Of a stretch of DNA of 64,000 nucleotides, positions 1-7,927 are shown one piece after another; the first letter of the stretch is position 1; every line of letters starts with the position of its first letter. The DNA is from an uncultured Gammaproteobacteria bacterium (GTDB lineage: Bacteria > Patescibacteriota > Patescibacteriia > Patescibacteriales > WJLG01): contig CAZJPG010000001.1 in assembly GCA_964547855.1 (NCBI GenBank), forward strand, positions 1,337 to 65,336, in the 5' to 3' direction. The notes beneath the pieces were generated by a model, which was given only the letters and a program-made list of their open reading frames with translations, made no database searches and was not told where the DNA came from. The translations under genes and the position numbers were made by a program.

Positions 1-238
1 CTGGCGCATATATAAGAGGGTGATTGTCTATTATCTCGTATTGGGCATTTACAGCTCTTCCTATATCTAATGCCCAATAAGCATTATAAGCATTGCTGTG
101 AAATTGGCTATTCGCGACATCGCCGAAGACTGTGTTGGTCTTATAGTATCCGGCCGGCAATGGAACCCTCCAAATTGGTTTGGCAAAAATGGAAAAACAA
201 AAAACAACCAACCATAACAACATTGACAACTTTTTCAC
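1..238 (-). CDS. hypothetical secreted protein, N-terminal part only (runs off left edge)
   Basis: Not in the ORF track because it has no stop in the window. GTG at 238..236 sits 7 nt after AAAGGAG. Translation MKKLSMLLWLVVFCFSIFAKPIWRVPLPAGYYKTNTVFGDVANSQFHSNAYNAYWALDIGRAVNAQYEIIDNHPLIYAP stays open to position 2, with a hydrophobic signal-like N-terminus. Confidence 0.45.
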   Translation of the reverse strand, partial: MKKLSMLLWLVVFCFSIFAKPIWRVPLPAGYYKTNTVFGDVANSQFHSNAYNAYWALDIGRAVNAQYEIIDNHPLIYAP

Positions 239-357
239 AAGAAACTCCTTTGAAAGACGTTTTAGAGAATTTTGAGGGATAGCAGAAAAACAAACTCAAC
301 TATTTACGATTGATTGAGCATAAATATTTCCTCCTTTTTTAAATTTTTAAAGAACAA

Positions 358-1410
358 TTATTCGATAAATTCAATTCTATTCTCAATTTGATTGAATATA
401 TCCTTGAATTCATCTTTTATTTTTCCTGATGCGAAAAAATTCACCTCGTAAACAGAATCTCCTTTTTCCAATAAGGCAGTCTTGGAATAATAATTTTTAA
501 TTTCAATATCATTGAAATACACCTTAGAATTAAAGCAAGCCGCCTCTTTGCCACCAACAGCACAAGCGTAAACTTTGGCACCATTTTCCTGATTGGCTCT
601 TTCTTCGGCCACAGCCAACAAAGACTCATTGCCTGTGCGCTCATGCTTGATCACTGACATCTTGGCTACATCAGCAGGCTCACCTCCATCCTGGCTATAC
701 GGAAATTGAATTTGAAAAATTACACGACCAAATGGATTTTTGCCCGTCTCCTTCACATAAACCAACGGATTTGGGTATTTAATAATAAAACTATCGATTT
801 TATCCTCATAAACATTCCAGCCAGGGTTATTTTCATCCGCTTTTAAAGAATAAGAGGTATTATCAGTATTCTCATTATTTATCGTTGTGGAGGCATGCTC
901 TGTGCCTGCCTTGCTTCCAGCACTGGCACACCGATTAGCCCCAAGAACCCTTACACTTTTAACGATTTTTTCAAAAACATCACCATTGATATCGGAAAAA
1001 TTATTCATTACTGCCACCCACCTACCATCATCATTAAAAAAATACCCCTTTATTGCCACCATATTCTTTGACTCGGTTTGTTTGTAATTTCTTACAATGA
1101 CTTTTACACCATTGATCTCTAAAACATTGGAATCAATGACGTGCTCATCTTTCTTGACATCCTCACTTTCCAAATCTAGAAAACTACCACCCCTCATCAT
1201 TAAGATATTTCCCGATTTACCATTATCGTACAAATAAAAATACCCACTCCTATCTTCCGACATCCAGTCAGATGGATACTTAAATTCTATGCCAAGATTA
1301 TCATTACAACTGACCTTCCAGTTGTCGTCTTTTGCGCCACCCTTAAAACTGCACCCGGAAAGGAATAAAATAAGAAATAATATTGTTGTGATTTTTTTAT
1401 TAGGAAGCAT
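358..1410 (-). CDS. hypothetical lipoprotein
   Basis: 350-aa ORF. The N-terminus MLPNKKITTILFLILFLSGCSF is a signal peptide with an L-S-G-C lipobox. No catalytic motif recognised. Confidence 0.7.
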   Translation of the reverse strand: MLPNKKITTILFLILFLSGCSFKGGAKDDNWKVSCNDNLGIEFKYPSDWMSEDRSGYFYLYDNGKSGNILMMRGGSFLDLESEDVKKDEHVIDSNVLEINGVKVIVRNYKQTESKNMVAIKGYFFNDDGRWVAVMNNFSDINGDVFEKIVKSVRVLGANRCASAGSKAGTEHASTTINNENTDNTSYSLKADENNPGWNVYEDKIDSFIIKYPNPLVYVKETGKNPFGRVIFQIQFPYSQDGGEPADVAKMSVIKHERTGNESLLAVAEERANQENGAKVYACAVGGKEAACFNSKVYFNDIEIKNYYSKTALLEKGDSVYEVNFFASGKIKDEFKDIFNQIENRIEFIE

Positions 1411-1484
1411 ATTTTAATCTTCTAAGCATAACCCAAAACTAACAATGTGTAAACAAGAATGAACACAACCAATTTTAAAGCAGT

Positions 1485-1955
1485 TTACTGATTAATAACA
1501 TCTTTTATCCACCAAAAAGCACTACTGCCTTTTTCAATCAGGGTGTTTGCGAGAATTTTTATTTCGTCCTTAATCTCCTGATCGCCATTTTTCCAAATAA
1601 CCTCCAACGATTTTTTCAGATCATCATCATGTAAAAATGGCGTGCGAAGATTCGAATTTAGTTCTCCGCCAGAGCTAAGCAGATAGTGTTTGATTATTTT
1701 GAATGTTTTTTCACCATTCTTTTCCGCAAAAATTGACAACCTCTTTAACAATCCATAATCCCAGTCAACGTCGCCGTCGGATTTTTCCAATGTAGCGGCC
1801 ATTCTTTCAATAACATCCTCGTCGGATAGAATTTCCACATCCTGATTAATCCAATACCCGCTCGCAAGCTCGCTCTTTGAAGGGTTTCCACCCCTCAATA
1901 CTCCCCAAAAATAAGGGGGAATCCTTCCCCCTTCACCCCCTTTGTTCGAATCCAT
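1485..1955 (-). CDS. hypothetical protein
   Basis: 156-aa ORF with no recognisable motif, lying between the lipoprotein gene and the tRNA-Gln terminator. Confidence 0.5.
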   Translation of the reverse strand: MDSNKGGEGGRIPPYFWGVLRGGNPSKSELASGYWINQDVEILSDEDVIERMAATLEKSDGDVDWDYGLLKRLSIFAEKNGEKTFKIIKHYLLSSGGELNSNLRTPFLHDDDLKKSLEVIWKNGDQEIKDEIKILANTLIEKGSSAFWWIKDVINQ

Positions 1956-1972
1956 GTCTTTCTCGAGATATT

Positions 1973-2008
1973 AAAAACAAGACCGACCAGGAAGGTCAGT
2001 CTTGTTTT
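1973..2008 (-). terminator. hairpin terminator downstream of tRNA-Gln
   Basis: Arms aagaccgacc (1979..1988) and ggtcagtctt (1994..2003) pair with one mismatch. The stem is extended by A/T runs on both sides, so the minus-strand read ends in a T-rich tract. Confidence 0.5.
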
Positions 2009-2012
2009 AATG

Positions 2013-2083
2013 CTGGGAAGCATGGATTCGAACCATGATAAACGGCTTCAAAGGCCGCTGTCCTACCATTGGACGACTTCCCA
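2013..2083 (-). tRNA. tRNA-Gln (anticodon UUG)
   Basis: Minus-strand read TGGGAAG-TC-GTCC-AATGGTA-GGAC-A-GCGGC-CTTTGAA-GCCGT-TTAT-CATGG-TTCGAAT-CCATG-CTTCCCA-G. All four stems pair, the anticodon loop is CTTTGAA, and there is a U1:A72 pair. CCA is not encoded. Confidence 0.9.
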
Positions 2084-2319
2084 AATATCTAACTCTAAAA
2101 ACTACCACTAAAACAATCAAAAAATCCATCGCCCCGCTTACCACACCTACTACACTCTTTAAGCCTGTCCGCCTCGGGCGGACCATTGGACGACTTCCCA
2201 AATATCTAACTCTAAAAACTACCACTAAAACAATCAAAAAATCCATCGCCCCGCTTACCACACCTACTACACTCTTTAAGCCTGTCCGCCTCGGGCGGAC
2301 CATTGGACGACTTCCCAAA
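2065..2319. repeat. perfect 117-bp tandem repeat (2 full units plus 20 nt) that re-duplicates the first 18 nt of tRNA-Gln and its upstream region
   Basis: ccattggacgacttcccaaa occurs at 2066, 2183 and 2300 (period 117). Units 2066..2182 and 2183..2299 read identically. Each unit carries a GC hairpin ccgcctcgggcgg. Confidence 0.9.
2092..2120 (-). promoter_or_regulatory. putative sigma70-type promoter of tRNA-Gln (TTGATT-17-TAGAGT); identical copy at 2209..2237
   Basis: Minus read TTGATTgttttagtggtagttttTAGAGTtagatatt, followed directly by tRNA position 1. The whole element lies inside the 117-bp tandem repeat unit. Confidence 0.4.
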
Positions 2320-2354
2320 ATAATACCAAAAGCCGCTCCTACTCTAGGCGGCTT
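2316..2354 (-). terminator. rho-independent terminator downstream of the PurN-like gene
   Basis: Minus read AAGCCGCctagagtaggaGCGGCTTTTGGTATTATTTT. The stem pairs 2330..2336 with 2348..2354. Confidence 0.65.
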
Positions 2355-2521
2355 CATAACTATGATAATTTATCCGCTTCTTTTTGTCAAAAAACGCGGC
2401 TATACAGTGTATTGCCGCGTCGAGAGCATTAATCGATGGCGTGCGTGATGCCATTACCGGGCAAAATATCGGATATTTCCTTTTTACCGGAAATATATGA
2501 CATCCCGCCACATGAAGAGAG

Positions 2522-3130
2522 TTATACCTTGCCGTTTACCACAAGATTCAAGACCCAAGACTGTATCGCCCGTTCCTTCTCATTGACTCTAGCCGCCAAA
2601 GTATCGACCGTATCATCGGGGCGTATCGCCACTGGCCATTTGACTATTAGCGGGCCTTCGTCATATTCGGCGGTAACGAAGTGTATCGAGACAGCACTTT
2701 GGGTTATGCGGCTCTGGTGATACGCTCTTAGGACGGCTTCATGAACATGACGACCATACAGACCTTTACCGCCAAAATGGTCGACAGCTCCTCTCCTGGA
2801 TAATGGACCAGGATGAATATTTATAGTCCTGCGAGGGTCAAGACCGTCGACTTTTTTTAACCACCCTGAAAGCATGACGAAATCGGCATGAAACTTTCTG
2901 ACCAAAGATCGATAACTTTCACCGTCGAAGGGCCCATTCCAAAAATAAAAAGGAACTTTCAACCGTCCGGCCTTTTTCTGCACTCCTCCGGAAGCATAAT
3001 TGGAAACCACGCCGACTATATCAGCGTCAAGTATTGGAGGATTGAGTCTTGATTGCTCGACTAGCTCCTCGAAACCAGAGCCGCCACCAGAAATACTCCC
3101 AGAAGCGAAAACTAAAACTCTTTTTTTCAA
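2522..3130 (-). CDS. purN: formyltransferase-domain protein, PurN-like (phosphoribosylglycinamide formyltransferase)
   Basis: 202 aa. N-terminal RVLVFASGSISGGGSGFEEL, then ADFVMLSGWLKKV and NIHPGPL, the N-x-H-P-x-x-L formyltransferase signature. TTG start sits 4 nt after AAGGAGGA. Confidence 0.6.
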   Translation of the reverse strand: MKKRVLVFASGSISGGGSGFEELVEQSRLNPPILDADIVGVVSNYASGGVQKKAGRLKVPFYFWNGPFDGESYRSLVRKFHADFVMLSGWLKKVDGLDPRRTINIHPGPLSRRGAVDHFGGKGLYGRHVHEAVLRAYHQSRITQSAVSIHFVTAEYDEGPLIVKWPVAIRPDDTVDTLAARVNEKERAIQSWVLNLVVNGKV

Positions 3131-3262
3131 AACGTCCTCCTTGAATTAAAATGTGCTATTTTATATTTCCTAAGATTTTCACACAGAGAACGACAAAAGT
3201 CAACTTGCAAAATAAATGGCAAAGGTATAAATTTTTATAGTACTTTAAAAAGGAGGTCTTCC

Positions 3263-3781
3263 ATGCTCGATTTCGATGATGACATAAACCTTTTTCGCCA
3301 AGAAGATGCCCTGGAAAGGCTGCGGACAAACTGTGATTCTGAAAGATATCCTAATTCATCAGGAGTAAAGATCATAGACGATCTGCGACATTTCCTAGAG
3401 ACCAAGCTCAATGTCACTATTCTAGAAAAAGGAATTTATGATATCGAGTATTTCCTTTGCTCGACTTACATCGCTGAATTCTTAAGCCGACCAAAAACGA
3501 TCTTTAACCCCAAATGGTACCCGATCGACCAAGAACTAAGACTGGCCGAAAAGAATGGCGGACCATATCTATACGAAGAAGGCGGCAAAAAATGCTTCAT
3601 TGTAGCGGTATTTTTTCCAGGGATACATCCCAAAACCGGATTCTCCACTAAACACTATGTCGATATGAGCGCCAACTTCTTCTATCACTTCTACGCCTCG
3701 TCCGGATTAGAGATCGGCAATCATATGGCCGAGTTATGCGAAGAGATGGTTGGGATGACCAAGGTTGCCATCAAGCCATAG
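3263..3781 (+). CDS. hypothetical protein
   Basis: 172-aa ORF on the plus strand. ATG is preceded by aaaAAGGAGGtcttcc. No recognised motif. Confidence 0.6.
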   Translation: MLDFDDDINLFRQEDALERLRTNCDSERYPNSSGVKIIDDLRHFLETKLNVTILEKGIYDIEYFLCSTYIAEFLSRPKTIFNPKWYPIDQELRLAEKNGGPYLYEEGGKKCFIVAVFFPGIHPKTGFSTKHYVDMSANFFYHFYASSGLEIGNHMAELCEEMVGMTKVAIKP

Positions 3782-3786
3782 AAAAT

Positions 3787-3820
3787 AAAGGCACCTCTCA
3801 AACAAGAGGTGCCTTTTTAA
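3787..3820. terminator. bidirectional rho-independent terminator between convergent genes
   Basis: aaaggcacctct (3787..3798) pairs with agaggtgccttt (3805..3816). T-runs follow the hairpin on both strands. Confidence 0.8.
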
Positions 3821-3847
3821 ATCCTGAATACGATAACAAAATATTCC

Positions 3848-4798
3848 TTAGACTTGCGCATAGCGCCTAACAGCCCACCAAGCGGCAAAAACATTAATGA
3901 AGGCGATGCCGGCAAACTCTAGGCCGAATATCTCTAAGAAATTATGATTGAAATAATCGACGATATTTATATTATAACCGACAAAGAAAGTTTCTAAATA
4001 AGGCTGCAGAAGACCAAGAAAAGGATAGAACAAGAAAACGATGGCAGCTATACCGAACAATGCATAGACTATACCTGATAGCAAAAACGGCCAGAAGATG
4101 AATGAATTAGGCGCACCGACCAAACGCATTATGGCTATTTCCATATTGTGCGTATAGATAGCGACTCTTACCGAATTAAAGATAACTAATATCGTTATCA
4201 AGACGAAAACGATGGACAAGAAAATCCCCGCCTTGGTGACTTTATCGGTCACAGAATCTATCTTGCCCAATAATTGCTTGTGATCAGTGAAGTTTCGTGA
4301 GTCAATAATATCGTTCTCGATCTTATTGAGTTGATTGATCAGATTATCGGAATTCTCAGCGCTCTTGGGTGTTATGACTAATGTGGGTGTCAATGGATTC
4401 TTCCCAAGTTCGCGCAAAGCCTGAAGCACTTCTGGGTTATCACTATTTTTATTTTTGAAAGCCTCCAGGGCAGCGTCTTTAGAGATATATTCTACATTTT
4501 TCACATCACTTATATTTGCGATTTGGGCTTTCAAGGCCAAAACTTCCCTCTCGTCGGAATCAGGATTTATATAAAGACTAATATCAATCTTATCCTTGAC
4601 CGCACCGACTGCTGCTGTGCCAATGACCTTGACCACCAACAACATGTTAACGGAAAACAAAGCCAAGGTGAGAATAATCACCGTGACCATGGACAACCAA
4701 ATATTTCTGGTTATGTCCTGCAGGCTGAATTTGATAATACGATAAAACGAGAGTAAAAACACAAATTCTTCGTGACGATTGGCAAGCTGGCGTTTCAA
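3848..4798 (-). CDS. ftsX: cell-division ABC permease-like protein FtsX
   Basis: 316 aa. Architecture is an N-terminal TM, a ~130-aa extracytoplasmic domain, then three C-terminal TMs, and it lies directly downstream of ftsE. TTG start. Confidence 0.75.
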   Translation of the reverse strand: MKRQLANRHEEFVFLLSFYRIIKFSLQDITRNIWLSMVTVIILTLALFSVNMLLVVKVIGTAAVGAVKDKIDISLYINPDSDEREVLALKAQIANISDVKNVEYISKDAALEAFKNKNSDNPEVLQALRELGKNPLTPTLVITPKSAENSDNLINQLNKIENDIIDSRNFTDHKQLLGKIDSVTDKVTKAGIFLSIVFVLITILVIFNSVRVAIYTHNMEIAIMRLVGAPNSFIFWPFLLSGIVYALFGIAAIVFLFYPFLGLLQPYLETFFVGYNINIVDYFNHNFLEIFGLEFAGIAFINVFAAWWAVRRYAQV

Positions 4799-4930
4799 AA
4801 GCTTTTTTCGACGATTTTGCTAGGATCGCCTAATGGCGAAAAATCGGAGAAAAACACAGCGATGACTCGCCGCCGGAGCGAGTCGATCGTCTTTTGAAAT
4901 GGCTGGTTGCCAATCGTTTTTTAAAAAAAA

Positions 4931-5611
4931 TCACAACGCGTATTTGCCACGCTCACGATCGGATACGACCATGCCGTTATCTATAACTATGACGCGTTTA
5001 TTTAAACGATTGATTATTTCTTTATTGTGACTTACCAAAACGACCGTGGTGCCGAATTTATTGATATGCAATAGCAGGTCGGTTATCTCATTGGCATTGA
5101 TGGCGTCAAGATTGCCGGTCGGCTCATCGGCCAGAAGCACCTTGGGGCTATGCACTAAAGCACGGGCGATGGCCGTCCTCTGTTTCTCTCCACCAGACAC
5201 CTCATGCGGATAACGGTTCATCTTCTCCTCTAAACCGACTATCTTCAAAACATGTGGGACGATCGTCTTTATTCTTTTGGTCGGCTGACCGCAAACCTCC
5301 AAAGCGAAAGCCACATTCTCGAACAAAGTCTTCTTCGGTAATAATTTATAGTCCTGAAAGATGACACCGATCTGGCGCCTAAGATCAGGGACCTCTCGCT
5401 TATTCAAACGAGTTATATCCCAACCTCCGATAACGACCTTTCCATCATCGACACGTTCCTCGCCGATCAAAACCTTGACCAAAGTCGTTTTACCAGAACC
5501 CGACTGACCGACTATGGACACAAATTCTCCCGGCTTAATATGCAGGTTGATGTCTTTCAATACCGGATTGCCAGATTTATATGATTTGTAAGCGTTGAAT
5601 AATTTTATCAT
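4931..5611 (-). CDS. ftsE: cell-division ATP-binding protein FtsE
   Basis: 226 aa. Walker A GQSGSGKTT, ABC signature VSGGEKQR, Walker B LLADEPTGNLD. The N-terminus resembles FtsE, and its start overlaps the upstream stop (ATGA at 5608..5611). Confidence 0.85.
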   Translation of the reverse strand: MIKLFNAYKSYKSGNPVLKDINLHIKPGEFVSIVGQSGSGKTTLVKVLIGEERVDDGKVVIGGWDITRLNKREVPDLRRQIGVIFQDYKLLPKKTLFENVAFALEVCGQPTKRIKTIVPHVLKIVGLEEKMNRYPHEVSGGEKQRTAIARALVHSPKVLLADEPTGNLDAINANEITDLLLHINKFGTTVVLVSHNKEIINRLNKRVIVIDNGMVVSDRERGKYAL

Positions 5612-7329
5612 TTGCCATTACTTTCTTTCAGTCCATAACTAATCAATTCCATAACCTCTTCGGAGCTGTCGGTCTTTGTCGGCGCGCCGAGATTGACTAC
5701 GGTCAAATTCTCTCCGGACGGACCCAAGACGCGCGTCATCAAACAATACATAGCCTCGTCCAAATATCCTGTTTTAGAACCGGTTATTTGAACGTTGTTC
5801 TCCAAAGCGAACAGACCATCGCGCAAAAAGGTATTGGTATTGTAAAGTGTATGAGCCTTCTTAGTGTTGATAGTAGAAAACGTGTACTTAGGCGTCGTGC
5901 TGATCTTTTGGATTATCGGATTCTTATACACTTCTCGTATCATTATAGCATAATCACGGGCCGTGCTCACATTTTGAAAGGCCAATCCCGTAGGTTCGAT
6001 GAACTTACTGCCAGTCGCTCCAACCGAAACGGCAAAATCGTTCATCTGCTTTATAAACTCATCACGATTTATACCGCTAACCCTGACCAATGACTCGACG
6101 GCGTTATTAGCCGAACCGACTAAAGCGGAATAGACCAGATCCTCTATCGTCATCGTCTCGCCATCCTTAACATTCAACTTGGCGTTTCTAGCAGGATCCG
6201 AATAAAGAGCATTATAATCCTCGTCTTGTTTTTTATATTCGACCACCTGGCTTAAAGTCGGATGCTGATCGAAAAAAACTTTTATCGCGACTAATTTAGT
6301 CAAACTGGCTATCGGCAAAGAAGTGGTGGCATTCTTCTCGAAAATAAATTCCCCAGTCTTTTCGTTATATACGGCCAAAGCTCGAGAAGCTGTCTCTGGC
6401 AAGAAAGAAGCCTTGCCGTTAGCAGCTATGCCCATTACCAAGCCGCGAGCATCGGCCTTAACGGACAATGGCTCTATCTTGACGTTTATTATTCCCTCGG
6501 ATAGCGATGCGATCTTGCTAAAGGCGACTTTATCCAAATCGACGACTCGGTCAGGATGTAAACGCCTATCTGGTCCGTAATCGTTGATCTCGACATCAAC
6601 GTATTTTCCATTATCGATATTATAGACTCTCAATATCGATCCTTTAGGGAAATCGGGTGAAGCGGCGAAATTACCGCCCTTATAGGCATACCAACTAGCC
6701 TTACCGCTACCCATGACCGAGTTATCGACAAAAACGGCGATTCTAGCAAAAGGTAAATGTATCAAAGAGCGAACGAATTTCTCGTTCGGATAATCTACGG
6801 TCGGCAACTCTCGCCATCCAGCCACATTCTTGTCATAGAAAAAAACTTTCTTAAGCCCAGTAGAAGCCTCATCATAGGACATCTGAATATAAAAAGGCTT
6901 TTCATCGTCATAGGCGGCCTTATTGCGAAATTCGAATTGATATATCTTGCTTATGCGATCAAAACGCCACGGCGAAGGAATATCCTCATTCAAAATTTCC
7001 GAATCGACCCTAGTCGATTCCGATAATATGCCAGGTACTAAAGACAACTTTAATTCGCCATCGAAAGGCGCCACTGTATAACCCTTGGCGATGGTTTCTT
7101 TATCGAGATTGATGCTGAACTGTTCGTTCAAAGCAGCGACAGGGATCTGCTCTGCCGATGTCACGACCGGCTCAACAGCAACAGGAGACGAGGAAGCGTT
7201 TTGAGCGTCGTCGAAAATTATCGTCTCTGACGGAGCGGCAAATACTATGCTAGAAGAAAAAAATAAAGACAAAAAAGAAAAAATGGCTATTTTCCCAAAA
7301 GTTATCGATAATTTTGAATTTAAACGCAT
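5608..7329 (-). CDS. secreted fusion protein: RlpA-like double-psi beta-barrel domain plus serine-type D-Ala-D-Ala carboxypeptidase (S11-like) domain
   Basis: 573 aa with a signal peptide. ASWYAYKGGNFAASPDFPKGSILRVYNIDNGKYVDVEINDYGP looks like an RlpA/DPBB domain. The C-terminal half carries SxxK (ASLTK), SxN (SANN) and KTG (SKTGY), the penicillin-binding-protein motifs. Confidence 0.75.
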   Translation of the reverse strand: MRLNSKLSITFGKIAIFSFLSLFFSSSIVFAAPSETIIFDDAQNASSSPVAVEPVVTSAEQIPVAALNEQFSINLDKETIAKGYTVAPFDGELKLSLVPGILSESTRVDSEILNEDIPSPWRFDRISKIYQFEFRNKAAYDDEKPFYIQMSYDEASTGLKKVFFYDKNVAGWRELPTVDYPNEKFVRSLIHLPFARIAVFVDNSVMGSGKASWYAYKGGNFAASPDFPKGSILRVYNIDNGKYVDVEINDYGPDRRLHPDRVVDLDKVAFSKIASLSEGIINVKIEPLSVKADARGLVMGIAANGKASFLPETASRALAVYNEKTGEFIFEKNATTSLPIASLTKLVAIKVFFDQHPTLSQVVEYKKQDEDYNALYSDPARNAKLNVKDGETMTIEDLVYSALVGSANNAVESLVRVSGINRDEFIKQMNDFAVSVGATGSKFIEPTGLAFQNVSTARDYAIMIREVYKNPIIQKISTTPKYTFSTINTKKAHTLYNTNTFLRDGLFALENNVQITGSKTGYLDEAMYCLMTRVLGPSGENLTVVNLGAPTKTDSSEEVMELISYGLKESNGK

Positions 7330-7381
7330 AATAATCTTGATTTTATATAAACTTATATGATACCTTTATAATACCAACTTG

Positions 7382-7453
7382 GCCGAAATAGCTCAACGGT
7401 AGAGCAACGGTATCGTAAACCGTAGGTTGTGGGTTCAAATCCCACTTTCGGCT
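7382..7453 (+). tRNA. tRNA-Thr (anticodon CGU)
   Basis: GCCGAAA-TA-GCTC-AACGGTA-GAGC-A-ACGGT-ATCGTAA-ACCGT-AGGTT-GTGGG-TTCAAAT-CCCAC-TTTCGGC-T. All stems pair and the anticodon is CGT. The following bases are CCCA, so CCA is not cleanly encoded. Confidence 0.9.
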
Positions 7454-7460
7454 CCCATGA

Positions 7461-7499
7461 AAACCAATATCGACTCTTTGAGGCGATGTTGGTTTTTTT
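7461..7499. terminator. hairpin terminator after tRNA-Thr (+); may also serve the convergent FtsB-like gene (-)
   Basis: aaccaatatcg (7462..7472) pairs with cgatgttggtt (7484..7494, one G-U pair). TTTTTTT follows on the plus strand and TTTTC on the minus strand. Confidence 0.7.
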
Positions 7500-7519
7500 A
7501 TTTAGACGATCGATGGCGA

Positions 7520-7924
7520 TCATTTCCGACCCCAAAAATATTTCAACCATTTAGCAGGATTGGGCATATCGATCTCAGTATCGTCAGTCACTGAATTAAC
7601 GATCGATAGAGTGTCATCTTCTTTTATGACCACTACTTCCTCCCCCTCCTTCTTCATACCAAAATTCAATCTTGCTTCCTCCTCGGCGAATTGATCCGAC
7701 TGTAAATAAGAGAGTAATTTTTTTAGATCCTGGTTACTTGTCTCCAGTAACGTTATCTCTTTTTTTAAATCATTGATCTCACCATCGATACGATAACGGC
7801 TCGACATATTTTTATACAAAGGAAAAACTATTACCGCCAACAATCCCAAAAGGACTAGCGACAAAAATAACGGGCTAGACAAGAAAATCGATAATATGTT
7901 TTTTTTCTTACGTTCTTTCCACAT
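7520..7924 (-). CDS. septum formation initiator family protein (FtsB/DivIC-like)
   Basis: 134 aa. One N-terminal TM, then a coiled coil EINDLKKEITLLETSNQDLKKLLSYLQSD, then FAEEEARLNFGMKKEGEEVVVI. Confidence 0.65.
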   Translation of the reverse strand: MWKERKKKNILSIFLSSPLFLSLVLLGLLAVIVFPLYKNMSSRYRIDGEINDLKKEITLLETSNQDLKKLLSYLQSDQFAEEEARLNFGMKKEGEEVVVIKEDDTLSIVNSVTDDTEIDMPNPAKWLKYFWGRK

Positions 7925-7927
7925 GCT

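Noticed and set aside
70-282. 70-aa plus-strand ORF at the left edge.
   Set aside because: The opposite strand carries a better candidate: an RBS, a GTG start, a signal peptide, and a frame open to the window edge (1..238 minus).
2065-2319. Possible CRISPR array.
   Set aside because: The period is 117 bp with no unique spacers because the whole unit repeats. There are only about 2.2 copies, and no cas genes are in the window.
2007-2448. Two long overlapping ORFs (116 aa on minus, 137 aa on plus) with internally repeated peptide sequence.
   Set aside because: They lie exactly on the tRNA-Gln gene and the perfect 117-bp tandem repeat. Their repeated peptides are just the translated DNA repeat, and they have no RBS and no protein-like composition.
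4931-7329. Alternative genetic code with UGA recoded, as in some CPR lineages.
   Set aside because: TGA ends ftsE and the RlpA/carboxypeptidase fusion at the expected protein ends. It also ends several other genes, and I saw no in-frame TGA in conserved domains. The standard code fits.
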